Positions 12,047-23,439 of a DNA stretch of 64,000 nucleotides are shown piece by piece (the first letter of the stretch is position 1; each line of letters opens with the position of its first letter). Origin of the DNA: Eledone cirrhosa (Eukaryota); contig OZ024764.1 in the NCBI GenBank assembly GCA_964016885.1, positions 4,712,001 to 4,776,000 on the forward strand, written 5' to 3'. The notes under the pieces were generated by a model. It was not told where the DNA came from. It worked only from the letters and a program-made list of their open reading frames with translations, and did not search any database. The position numbers and the translations under genes were made by a program.

Positions 12047-15000
12047 ATGGCTGATATAAGAGTTGGGTGTCTGAATGTACGTGGCCTGGGACTGTCTTGG
12101 AAACAAGGCAAACTTTTAAACGATCTCAGGTCGCATAGAATGGATGTAATGGCTATTTGCGAGTCCAGGATCAGCAGCGAGCACCAACTGGCGCCCCTCT
12201 TCGACGACTTTGAGATCTTCGCATCTCTCTGTCAACCGGGGGGTGGGGGTGGAGTTGTCGTTCTGCTGCGAAAACACCTGGGCCTCGCCATACAGAAGGT
12301 GCACCTGGACCCGGAGGGTCGACTGGTGGTTTTAGACGTCGGTAGTAGTGAAAGTGGAGCCCTTAGACTAATAGCTGTGTACGCCCCTTTTTGGGCAGCG
12401 CGGCCGGAATACTTCCAACGTCTGGAAACTTTTCTGGGAACGTCCCGCTCCTTGCTTTTAGTGGGGGACTGGAATGGTATCCTGGATGCACGTTGGGACT
12501 ATGTAGGGGCATGTGCCAATAGAGGGGGGTGTAAAAGCCTCAAAAGGTTAATCGGCCGATTTGACCTGGCCGATAGATATCGACTAGATTTTCCGACTGT
12601 ACCACTATGGACGTGGACCAATCGCAGTGGAACATCTAGGTCGTACCTAGATAGGGTCCTAGTTAGAGAGAACGATAGAGACACATTTAGCTGTCCAAAA
12701 ATGTTCATGGTTGACTATTCGGATCACAAGTTAGTGACCTGCATAGCCAACCTTGATAGAACCCATAGACAGGGACCCGGTTACTGGAAGCTGAACTTGT
12801 CCTTATCGAGAAGCAAAGCTTACAGTAAACGGATTAGCACGTTAGTTAAGCAGAGTTTGATAGGGGCAATTGTCAACAACAGGTGGTGGAGCTCTCTTAA
12901 GAGAGCAATTAGAATAGAATCGATAGGTTTTAGTCAGGAATTAGCAAGGGATAGGAACAAGACGGAAAGGGAATTAGTAGATAGAGTAGAAGAGGCGATT
13001 AGGAGTGGCAATGTAGCCGGCGTGCTGGCATCAAGAATGGCCTTAGACCAGTTCTTTGAGGTGAAGCATGAAGGCTGCGTTGTCAGGAGTAAAATACGTG
13101 CTCTGGGTAATGAGGGAGCCAAAGCTGTGAGCTGGGCCCGAGTTACAGAGGCAAAAAGTGGGAACAAGTCCACGATTCGGTCTTTGAAGGACCAGGATGG
13201 GCGTGTGATCCTTGAACCTGGGCAGATGTGTGCGGCCTTTCAGCGGCACTTTGCACGACTGTTCGAGAGGGGCGGCGCGCCGGGTGAGACTATGGATTTC
13301 AATCCATACCTCGACGGTCTGCCGCGCCTCTCGGACGCGGAGGCGAAGTCCTGCGAAAGGACGATTTCAGCTGCTGAGATAGGGGCGGCGCTGAGCCAAT
13401 GCGGCAAACGCAAATCCCCGGGTCTCGATGGTCTACCATACGAGCTATATGTAGCGATGCCGGACTTGTTCTCCGATATCCTCGAAGCGGTCTACTGCAA
13501 CTGGCAGCAGAACGGGAGAATTCCCAGTTCTGTGACCAAGGGCGTAGTTACGCTGGTGAGGAAGGATGAGAACAAGGGGGATGACATAAGTAACTTCAGG
13601 CCCATAACTCTGCTAAATACAGAGTTAAAGATTTTGGCCAAGGTGTTAGCGAAGAGGTTGGCGCTTGTCGTTGGAAACCTGGTGGGAGAAGCGCAGACAT
13701 GCGCAATCCCGTCCAGGTCCATTCACGACAATCTCCACCTTATGCGATACATCATAGAGAGGGTAGGGAATGAACCCGGCTTTGGTGGGGCCCTGATCAA
13801 CTTGGATCAATCTAAAGCTTTCGATAGGGTTGACCATCATTACCTGGATGCGGTGCTCGCGGCGGCAGGCTTCGGACCCGTTTTCAGGGGTTGGATTGCT
13901 GCGATGCACAGCAGCAACGTCTGCTCAAGGGTCAAGGTGAACGGCCACCTCTCGGAGCCGTTCCAAATCATGCGATCCATCCGACAGGGATGCCCTCTCT
14001 CCTCCCTACTGTATGTGCTGGCTCTTGAGCCACTACTGCGGAAGTTGGAGCGGTTGCAGGGCATCCCTTTGGAACCGGGATTGCAGAAAGCGGCGTCGGC
14101 CTACGCCGATGACGTGACAGTAATGGTGTCGAAAACCTCGCAAATCGGTGAGATCGGCACCTTACTGGAGGAATATGAAAGGTTTACAGGAGCCAAGCTG
14201 AACCGGGACAAGTCCGTCGGTTTGCAACTCGGAACATGGAGAGGCAAACCGATGCCCTCCAACGACGTCGTCGGACGCTGGACGGAGGGCCCGGTGAAGC
14301 TGCTTGGGGTCTGGTTCGGACCAGACCTCCAGGTGGAGAAAAACTGGAACGAGGTAACGGCCAGGGTGTTTGCACTCACCCAGAAGTGGGCCCAGTGCAA
14401 ACTATCCCTGAAAGGTCGAGCGGAGGTGGCGAATACTTATATAGCATCCGTCATCTACTACCGCTTGACCGTCGTGCCTTGCCCAGTGAAAAGACTCGCC
14501 AAAATGGAGTGCGCGCTGTTCCAATTTCTTTGGAACAAGCGGACCCCTTTGGTGAGGAGATCCATCTGCTGTCAACACCCTTCGAAAGGAGGGCTGGGGA
14601 TGCCGTGGCTACAGATGCGTAAACACGCATTAAGGCTACGGCACCTCCAGGTATTCCTCACCAGTCAACCGGTGTGGGCCCCGTTTGTGAGGCGAGCCTT
14701 TCCCAGACTCGTCTCGCTCACCGAGCTGCAATCCTGGGTCAAGCAAAGACCGAGAAAAGTGGGCGACTGGCACATTGAATGTGCCCAGGCGCTCACGGCC
14801 CTCTGGAAAGCGGACCCGGCAATCAGTGGAGACTCCACCTCGACATTCTATAGAGGGTTGGTACGCAGCAGGTGCGACGATGCTCTCGGAGAAGCTCTAG
14901 GCATGGAGGAAGATGAACTGGCCAGTCTGTTCGGTAGGACGTTTGGCCCTGGACCGATGGACAACTTCCAAAAGTCCCTGGCTTGGCAGTGCTACCGAGG

Positions 15001-15484
15001 GGCTCTACCCGTTCGAGACAAGCTCCACAGGCATGGGAGCCTGGGTAGAGATCCTTTGAATAAGATCTGTCCGAGATGCGTGCATGATGACGAAACCGTT
15101 GCGCACGCATTCGTACACTGCCCAGGCATTGCTGACCTGTGGGGCTATGTGGAACGACTACTGTCGAGGGTGGGACCAATCCGGTTGACCACCGAGTCCA
15201 TTGTCACGATCAAACCGCCTCCCCCTTTCAAAAACGAAGGAGAGGCGGTTTTTCTCTGTGTGGTAGCCATGGCTAAAGAAGTTGTATGGTGGACGAGGCT
15301 GAAAGGGCTGAGGTCAGACACCTTTCTCTCCGGCCAACAACTGATCCCCTTTTTCAAATACCATTTTAAAAGAAGGATCAGAATGGAGAGAGAGGTGCTC
15401 TACCCCAGCAAGTTTTATGAAAGGTGGGTGAAAGTAGGGAGAATGGCCAGAGTGAATGGGTCTTCTCTCTATATCAGCCTGTAG
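12047..15484 (+). CDS. Tx1 ORF2: APE endonuclease, reverse transcriptase, C-terminal zinc finger
   Basis: LNVRGL, GDWN, YLDR, SDH, GYWKLN, KSPGLDGLP, FRPITLLN, LDQSKAFDRVDH, RQGCPLS, YADD, GGLGMP and CPRC...ETVAHAFVHC in an uninterrupted 1145 aa. Confidence 0.96.
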   Translation: MADIRVGCLNVRGLGLSWKQGKLLNDLRSHRMDVMAICESRISSEHQLAPLFDDFEIFASLCQPGGGGGVVVLLRKHLGLAIQKVHLDPEGRLVVLDVGSSESGALRLIAVYAPFWAARPEYFQRLETFLGTSRSLLLVGDWNGILDARWDYVGACANRGGCKSLKRLIGRFDLADRYRLDFPTVPLWTWTNRSGTSRSYLDRVLVRENDRDTFSCPKMFMVDYSDHKLVTCIANLDRTHRQGPGYWKLNLSLSRSKAYSKRISTLVKQSLIGAIVNNRWWSSLKRAIRIESIGFSQELARDRNKTERELVDRVEEAIRSGNVAGVLASRMALDQFFEVKHEGCVVRSKIRALGNEGAKAVSWARVTEAKSGNKSTIRSLKDQDGRVILEPGQMCAAFQRHFARLFERGGAPGETMDFNPYLDGLPRLSDAEAKSCERTISAAEIGAALSQCGKRKSPGLDGLPYELYVAMPDLFSDILEAVYCNWQQNGRIPSSVTKGVVTLVRKDENKGDDISNFRPITLLNTELKILAKVLAKRLALVVGNLVGEAQTCAIPSRSIHDNLHLMRYIIERVGNEPGFGGALINLDQSKAFDRVDHHYLDAVLAAAGFGPVFRGWIAAMHSSNVCSRVKVNGHLSEPFQIMRSIRQGCPLSSLLYVLALEPLLRKLERLQGIPLEPGLQKAASAYADDVTVMVSKTSQIGEIGTLLEEYERFTGAKLNRDKSVGLQLGTWRGKPMPSNDVVGRWTEGPVKLLGVWFGPDLQVEKNWNEVTARVFALTQKWAQCKLSLKGRAEVANTYIASVIYYRLTVVPCPVKRLAKMECALFQFLWNKRTPLVRRSICCQHPSKGGLGMPWLQMRKHALRLRHLQVFLTSQPVWAPFVRRAFPRLVSLTELQSWVKQRPRKVGDWHIECAQALTALWKADPAISGDSTSTFYRGLVRSRCDDALGEALGMEEDELASLFGRTFGPGPMDNFQKSLAWQCYRGALPVRDKLHRHGSLGRDPLNKICPRCVHDDETVAHAFVHCPGIADLWGYVERLLSRVGPIRLTTESIVTIKPPPPFKNEGEAVFLCVVAMAKEVVWWTRLKGLRSDTFLSGQQLIPFFKYHFKRRIRMEREVLYPSKFYERWVKVGRMARVNGSSLYISL

Positions 15485-15721
15485 GTGAAAGAAGAGGAAA
15501 AAGAGGAGACGAGGGAAGCACCTACTCTTTGTGCTCCTGAGGAGAAGGGTTACACATTTTTTCCGGGGTGTGTGCGACCCATGTTAATGCCCCCTCCCTA
15601 TTGAGGACTTCGTTTGTTGTTGTTATTTCATTGTTATATTTTTGTACTCGTTAATTATATGTAAACTTCCCCCCTTGTATCTGTCCCTACCTTTTGTGCC
15701 CTAGTGGCAAATAAAGAAACC

Positions 15722-17219
15722 ACTCTATATATACTATTGTATTGTCACAGTAAAGGCTTTACCTCACATAATATCTCACATAACATCTACATTACTCTAT
15801 ATATACTATTATATTTTCACAGTAAAGGCTTTACCTCACATAATACCTCACATAACATTTACATTACTCTATATATACTATTGTATTTTCACAGTAAAGG
15901 CTTTACCTCACATAATATCTCACATAACATTTACATTACTCTATATATACTATTGTATTGTCACAGTAAAGGCTTTACCTCACATAATATCTCACATAAC
16001 ATTGACATTACTCTATATATACTATTGTATTATCACAGTAAAGGCTTTACCTCACATAATATCTCACATAACATCTACATTACTCTATATATACTATTAT
16101 ATTTTCACAGTAAAGGCTTTACCTCACATAATACCTCACATAACATTTACATTACTCTATATATACTATTGTATTTTCACAGTAAAGGCTTTACCTCACA
16201 TAATATCTCACATAACATTTACATTACTCTATATATACTATTGTATTGTCACAGTAAAGGCTTTACCTCACATAATATCTCACATAACATTGACATTACT
16301 CTATATATACTATTGTATTGTCACAGTAAAGGCTTTACCTCACATAATATCTCACATAACATCTACATTACTCTATATATACTATTATATTTTCACAGTA
16401 AAGGCTTTACCTCACATAATACCTCACATAACATTTACATTACTCTATATATACTATTGTATTTTCACAGTAAAGGCTTTACCTCACATAATACCTCACA
16501 TAACATTTACATTACTCTATATATACTATTGTATTGTCACAGTAAAGGCTTTACCTCACATAATATCTCACATAACATTTACATTACTCTATATTTACTA
16601 TTGTATTGTCACAGTAAAGGCTTTACCTCGCTTAATATCTCACATAACATTTACATTACTCTATATATACTATTGTATTTTCACAGTAAAGGCTTTACCT
16701 CACATAATATCTCACATAACATTTACATTACTCTATATATACTATTGTATTTTCACAGTAAAGGCTTTACCTCACATAATATCTCACATAATATTTACAT
16801 TACTCTATATATACTATTGTATTTTCACAGTAAAGGCTTTACCTCACATAATATCTCGCATAACATTTACATTAGTCTATATATACTATTGTATTTTCAC
16901 AGTAAAGCCTTTACCTCACATAATATCTCACATAACATTTACATTACTCTATATATACTATTGTATTTTCACAGTAAAGGCTTTACCTCACATAATATCT
17001 CACATAACATTTACATTACTCTATATATACTATTGTATTTTCACAGTAAAGGCTTTACCTCACATAATATCTCACATAACATTTAAATCTGAGATTTTGA
17101 TATATATTTTGAGAACAATACCTTAATGTCAATATGAGCGGCCAGTTATGGCCTGTTTGCACAGAAATAGGTGAGAGAGTTGTGACTGGATACGGCCGGT
17201 TTAAATGCTAAATGGTTAT
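15722..17219 (+). repeat. Second MITE copy, right part: 72-bp satellite A (about 19 copies to 17085) plus MITE end
   Basis: Same unit. 17086-17219 is homologous to 8608-8745. Confidence 0.95.
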
Positions 17220-17254
17220 TGTCTATTATACAGAAACTGTGTACTATGATAGCT

Positions 17255-17405
17255 GTAGCTTGAAAAAGGATCTGTGGAAGAGGGTAGACCCAGGAAGACA
17301 TGGGATGAGGTTGTGAAGACTGACTTTAGAAAACTAAAGCTCACAACAGAAATGACAAAGGACCATGAGGGTTGGTGCTATGCAGTCCAGGTAAAGACCT
17401 GGCCA
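17255..17405 (+). mobile_element. RTE 3' ORF fragment
   Basis: GRGRPRKTWDEVVKTDFRKLKLTTEMTKD. Confidence 0.75.
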
Positions 17406-17696
17406 CCAGCTCACACTGTCATCTGATTTATCTCCCTAGCAGTTACTCTCACCATCACCACGATCCCCTCCAGAATTCACCTCTTCGCTGCTGCTTCCCC
17501 CAAAGGCCTCATTATTGTACACTAGCAGACATTCTCACTCATATACACACCGCCCTAACAGCTATCCCCACCGTCACTAGACTCCCCCCCACCCCCCACC
17601 CCTCCTCCGATCAACCCCCACTACCACCAATCCTCACCCATCATAGCCCTACCCTCAACACTCCCAGTCCCTGTACAGTAAAATTGAACCTCTTAC

Positions 17697-17855
17697 CTCA
17701 ACATGTTCGTTCTTGATGGCAAGTCTGAGGGCATTCCGTCCAAGACCATCCACACCGTTTACATTGAGGTCAGGGTTTCTCTCAAGAATACCAACAAGCC
17801 CTGCATAGTCTCCTAATTCTGATTTCTCGATAAATTCAGTCACGTCCTTGTTTTG
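17697..17855 (-). CDS. TRPC/TRP-gamma-like channel exon, first ankyrin repeats
   Basis: ttcacAG acceptor, 159 bp, QNKDVTEFIEKSELGD...LNVNGVDGLGRNALRLAIKNEHVE, GTAAGA donor. Matches the TRPC N-terminal motif NxNCxDxLGRxALxxAIxNE. Confidence 0.9.
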
Positions 17856-17909
17856 CTGTGAACAAAAATTATATACAGTAGACAAAAATTATATACAGTA
17901 TGTTTTCAT

Positions 17910-20890
17910 CCAAGTGATAAACAATGTTTTATTATTTCTGATTATAAACAGCATTTTCATATTATTCTAATATATTTTGAACCAAGTGATAAACAATGTT
18001 TTATTATTTCTGATTATAAACAGCATTTTCATATTATTCTAATATATTTTGAACCAAGTGATAAACAATGTTTTATTATTTCTGATTATAAACAGCATTT
18101 TCATATTATTCTAATATATTTTGAACCAAGTGATAAACAATGTTTTATTATTTCTGATTATAAACAGCATTTTCATATTATTCTAATATATTTTGAACCA
18201 AGTGATAAACAATGTTTTATTATTTCTGATTATAAACAGCATTTTCATATTATTCTAATATATTTTGAACCAAGTGATAAACAATGTTTTATTATTTCTG
18301 ATTATAAACAGCATTTTCATATTATTCTAATATATTTTGAACCAAGTGATAAACAATGTTTTATTATTTCTGATTATAAACAGCATTTTCATATTATTCT
18401 AATATATTTTGAACCAAGTGATAAACAATGTTTTATTATTTCTGATTATAAACAGCATTTTCATATTATTCTAATATATTTTGAACCAAGTGATAAACAA
18501 TGTTTTATTATTTCTGATTATAAACAGCATTTTCATATTATTCTAATATATTTTGAACCAAGTGATAAACAGTGTTTTATTATTTCTGATTATAAACAGC
18601 ATTTTCATATTATTCTAATATATTTTGAACCAAGTGATAAACAATGTTTTATTATTTCTGATTATAAACAGCATTTTCATATTATTCTAATATATTTTGA
18701 ACCAAGTGATAAACAATGTTTTATTATTTCTGATTATAAACAGCATTTTCATATTATTCTAATATATTTTGAACCAAGTGATAAACAATGTTTTATTATT
18801 TCTGATTATAAACAGCATTTTCATATTATTCTAATATATTTTGAACCAAGTGATAAACAATGTTTTATTATTTCTGATTATAAACAGCATTTTCATATTA
18901 TTCTAATATATTTTGAACCAAGTGATAAACAGTGTTTTATTATTTCTGATTATAAACAGCATTTTCATATTATTCTAATATATTTTGAACCAAGTGATAA
19001 ACAATGTTTTATTATTTCTGATTATATAAACAGCATTTTCATATTATTCTAATATATTTTGAACCAAGTGATAAACAATGTTTTATTATTTCTGATTATA
19101 AACAGCATTTTCATATTATTCTAATATATTTTGAACCAAGTGATAAACAATGTTTTATTATTTCTGATTATAAACAGCATTTTCATATTATTCTAATATA
19201 TTTTGAACCAAGTGATAAACAATGTTTTATTATTTCTGATTATAAACAGCATTTTCATATTATTCTAATATATTTTGAACCAAGTGATAAACAATGTTTT
19301 ATTATTTCTGATTATAAACAGCATTTTCATATTATTCTAATATATTTTGAACCAAGTGATAAACAATGTTTTATTATTTCTGATTATAAACAGCATTTTC
19401 ATATTATTCTAATATATTTTGAACCAAGTGATAAACAATGTTTTATTATTTCTGATTATAAACAGCATTTTCATATTATTCTAATATATTTTGAACCAAG
19501 TGATAAACAGTGTTTTATTATTTCTGATTATAAACAGCATTTTCATATTATTCTAATATATTTTGAACCAAGTGATAAACAATGTTTTATTATTTCTGAT
19601 TATAAACAGCATTTTCATATTATTCTAATATATTTTGAACCAAGTGATAAACAATGTTTTATTATTTCTGATTATAAACAGCATTTTCATATTATTCTAA
19701 TATATTTTGAACCAAGTGATAAACAGTGTTTTATTATTTCTGATTATAAACAGCATTTTCATATTATTCTAATATATTTTGAACCAAGTGATAAACAATG
19801 TTTTATTATTTCTGATTATATAAACAGCATTTTCATATTATTCTAATATATTTTGAACCAAGTGATAAACAATGTTTTATTATTTCTGATTATAAACAGC
19901 ATTTTCATATTATTCTAATATATTTTGAACCAAGTGATAAACAATGTTTTATTATTTCTGATTATAAACAGCATTTTCATATTATTCTAATATATTTTGA
20001 ACCAAGTGATAAACAATGTTTTATTATTTCTGATTATAAACAGCATTTTCATATTATTCTAATATATTTTGAACCAAGTGATAAACAATGTTTTATTATT
20101 TCTGATTATAAACAGCATTTTCATATTATTCTAATATATTTTGAACCAAGTGATAAACAATGTTTTATTATTTCTGATTATAAACAGCATTTTCATATTA
20201 TTCTAATATATTTTGAACCAAGTGATAAACAATGTTTTATTATTTCTGATTATAAACAGCATTTTCATATTATTCTAATATATTTTGAACCAAGTGATAA
20301 ACAGTGTTTTATTATTTCTGATTATAAACAGCATTTTCATATTATTCTAATATATTTTGAACCAAGTGATAAACAATGTTTTATTATTTCTGATTATAAA
20401 CAGCATTTTCATATTATTCTAATATATTTTGAACCAAGTGATAAACAATGTTTTATTATTTCTGATTATAAACAGCATTTTCATATTATTCTAATATATT
20501 TTGAACCAAGTGATAAACAGTGTTTTATTATTTCTGATTATAAACAGCCATTTCATATTATTCTAATATATTTTGAACCAAGTGATAAACAATGTTTTAT
20601 TATTTCTGATTATAAACAGCATTTTCATATTATTCTAATATATTTTGAACCAAGTGATAAACAATGTTTTATTATTTCTGATTATAAACAGCATTTTCAT
20701 ATTATTCTAATATATTTTGAACCAAGTGATAAACAATGTTTTATTATTTCTGATTATAAACAGCATTTTCATATTATTCTAATATATTTTGAACCAAGTG
20801 ATAAACAATGTTTTATTATTTCTGATTATAAACAGCATTTTCATATTATTCTAATATATTTTGATCCAAGCGATAAACAGTGTTTTATTA
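17910..20890. repeat. 72-bp AT-rich satellite B, about 41 near-identical copies
   Basis: Unit ccaagtgataaacaatgttttattatttctgattataaacagcattttcatattattctaatatattttgaa. Confidence 0.98.
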
Positions 20891-21300
20891 CTTCTTCTGA
20901 CAATTATACATTATCAATATACTAGCAGAGTACCCAGTAAAAATGATGGAGTTTATAGTGAAAATTATTTAATTTAACAATTCTTTCATTACAACAGACT
21001 ATCCCAAAACCTTCCATTATAACTTTATGTAAGAACTTGCGTTAAGTTATGTTCCATTAGAAATATAGTAGTAGAAAGGTTAAATGAACTCTCAACATAC
21101 CAGTGTAATGAATTCATGGGAATAGTGGCGAACACCTTTGTTAAACTGCCGGAACTTTCTTTGGCTGAACATCAGATTAGCCTGCAACATAAACATTTAC
21201 TCATATATAGATATATATGTGCTTATATATCTATATCTACCCAGCGAGCCTCCAACCGTCAAGGTTGTTCTTCGCCGGGTATGTGCATATATATATATAT

Positions 21301-21628
21301 TTCATTTCATTTTACGTCCACTTTTCCCTGCTTGCAAGGGTGGGACGGGAACTGATTCTGGCTTGATTTCTACAGCTGGATGCCCTTCCTAACACCAACC
21401 TCATTTACAGTGAGTGCTAGGTGCTTTTTTTGCCGTGGTACCTCCACAACCACTTTACAGTGGAATGATAGGGACCCCAGTCCCTATCATCTCATTTCTA
21501 CAGCTGAGTAAACTGGAGCAATGTGAAATAAAGTGTCTTGCTCAAGGAAACAACACATCACCCGGGCTGAGAATTGAACTCACAACCTTTCGATTGCAAG
21601 GCCAACGCTCTAACCACTAAGCCATGTG
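21301..21628 (-). mobile_element. tRNA-derived SINE with RTE-like tail
   Basis: Reverse complement of the family at 28983, with A box TGGCTTAGTGG and B box GAGTTCAATTC. Confidence 0.85.
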
Positions 21629-21659
<31 letters not shown>

Positions 21660-21660
21660 G

Positions 21661-21849
21661 GGAACGAGTAGGACCCCGACGGCTGAGCTCAAGCCGTTTC
21701 GACGGCTAATTCTGGACTGAATTAGCCGTCGATACGGCTTGAGCTCAGCCGTCGGGGTACTACTCATTCCTATTACCCACTCTACTACCCTAAGTATTGA
21801 GTACTTTGGTGCGTTATGGTCCACCTGGTTCCTTACCGCATTTCCTTCG

Positions 21850-21852
<3 letters not shown>
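21661..21852 (+). mobile_element. Fold-back element 1 in (TA)n, partial hammerhead
   Basis: Arms 21661-21712 and 21719-21770, then a unique tail. The left arm on the minus strand reads GAAAC-GGCT tgagctc AGCC-GTC. Confidence 0.7.
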
Positions 21853-21884
<32 letters not shown>

Positions 21885-21891
<7 letters not shown>

Positions 21892-22310
21892 AGGATAAAA
21901 AGGACGATTGGTTACTCCTTCATTGCATTTATTGGTAGGTGACACGTGTTTCACCACTGATCAGCTCAAGGTTCGATCTGTATCGATCCTACCCGACTCA
22001 ATAATCCGCCGCTCGACGGACCTTCCTACAATGCTATAAGAATTTCATTTTCTTATAGCATTGTAGGAAGGTCCGTCAAGCGGCGGATATTGAGTCGGGT
22101 AGGATCGATACAGATCGAACCTTGAGCTGATCAGTGGTGAAACACGTGTCGCCTACCAATAAATGCAATGAAGGAGTAACCAATCGTCCTTTTTATCCTT
22201 TCTATATAATACACTCTGTCTAGCGCTACACCTCATCACAGGAGTGAACCTAAACATCGAGTGCTCACCCAGGTGAACCTGCAGTAACTCCAAGTTACAT
22301 CCCCTGGATA
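21885..22310 (+). mobile_element. Fold-back element 2 in (TA)n
   Basis: Arms of about 155 bp (21885-22042 and 22049-22206) plus a tail. Contains GAAAC-ACGT-GTC followed by AATAAA. Confidence 0.7.
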
Positions 22311-22340
22311 TATTTATATATATATATATAGAGAGAGAAA

Positions 22341-22570
22341 TGGTTACACAACAGTTAGTTCACCATACCGAGAACAATTGTTTCACCTTAGCGGATCCTC
22401 AGCTCGTAATGGACATGGTTGTACGTCCATTCCGAGCTGAGGATCCGCTAAGGTGAAACAATTGTTCTCGATATGGTGAACTAACTGTTGTGTAACCACT
22501 TCTACCTAACTCGTCCCTTGGACTGAGTGCTCTACCACTACGGATTTTACCTTCCAGTGTTCTACCACTA
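22341..22570 (+). mobile_element. Fold-back element 3 in (TA)n
   Basis: Arms about 22341-22414 and 22425-22498 plus a tail, with a complete hammerhead motif in each arm. Confidence 0.75.
22433..22470 (+). ncRNA. Minimal type I hammerhead ribozyme (mirror copy 22369-22406, minus strand)
   Basis: CGAG-CTGAGGA-tcc gctaa ggt-GAAA-C AATT G-TT-CTCG. Stem I is CGAG/CTCG and stem III is palindromic. Stem II is weak. Confidence 0.7.
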
Positions 22571-22667
22571 TATAGATATATCTCCGGGGAATTAATAGAA
22601 ACCAAATGCTTTACTTAATTGTTTTATTTTTGTCATTCTATAATTATGCAAATATTTATTTTAAAAT

Positions 22668-22890
22668 ATTGGTTTCTTATATAGGCTCAAGGCCAGCAAT
22701 TTTGGGGGAGGAGGAGAAAGTCGATGAAATTGACCCCAGTGTGTGACTGGTACTTTATTTTATCGACCCTGTAAGGATGAAAGGCAAAGTTAACCTCGGC
22801 AGGATTTGAACTCAGACCGTAAAGGGCCGTAACTCTATGCGGCAAAGCATGGCGTCCGGCCCTCTACCGATACTGCCAATCTACCGCGCC
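22668..22890 (-). mobile_element. tRNA-derived SINE with Nin-type core
   Basis: Minus strand TGGCAGTATCGG...GAGTTCAAATCC...ctttgcctttcatccttacagggtcgataaaataaagtaccag. Confidence 0.8.
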
Positions 22891-23342
22891 TTACAATAAT
22901 GACGGCAATAATAATAATAATAATAATAAAAAAAGGGAAATGAAAGGAAAGAAAGAATAGGGAAATATAGAGAAAAAAAGAAAGAAGAAAAAGAACAGGT
23001 AAGAGCCCTAGTGTCACAGAAGAGAAAGGTGGGGGTTTGGGCATGAGGGCAGAAGTATTTCCCCCTTGCTGACAAGACGGCAAAAGCATTCCCGCGGACG
23101 ATGGTCATTGGTCAACCTAGCAACCTAGCCAGTCCACCATTGCATGCGTGTATGTGTGTGTCTGTATACATATGACTATATGTGAATATATGATGTATAT
23201 GTGTGTGTGTATATATATATATATATGATGATGATGATATATATATATATATATATAGATATAGATATATATATATATAGATATAGATATATATATATAT
23301 AGATATAGATATATATATATATAGATATATATATATATATAG

Positions 23343-23377
<35 letters not shown>

Positions 23378-23380
23378 AAA

Positions 23381-23412
<32 letters not shown>

Positions 23413-23439
23413 ATATATAAATCAGATGTTGTTTACTCG

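Larger units (their letters stand above)
10095..15720 (+). mobile_element. Full-length Tx1-clade (L1 superfamily) non-LTR retrotransposon
   Basis: About 200-bp 5' UTR, two open ORFs 21 bp apart, 3' UTR ending AATAAAGAAAC. Inserted within satellite A. Confidence 0.93.

Noticed and set aside
7560-17126. ORFs with a 24-aa repeat (YFHSKGFTSHNISHNIYITLYILL)
   Set aside because: A 72-bp satellite inside a MITE, open by chance because the unit is a multiple of three.
22120-22157. Complete hammerhead in fold-back element 2
   Set aside because: GAAAC-ACGT-GTC is present, but the upstream core reads CTGATCA with no clear stem II, so it is recorded only as partial.
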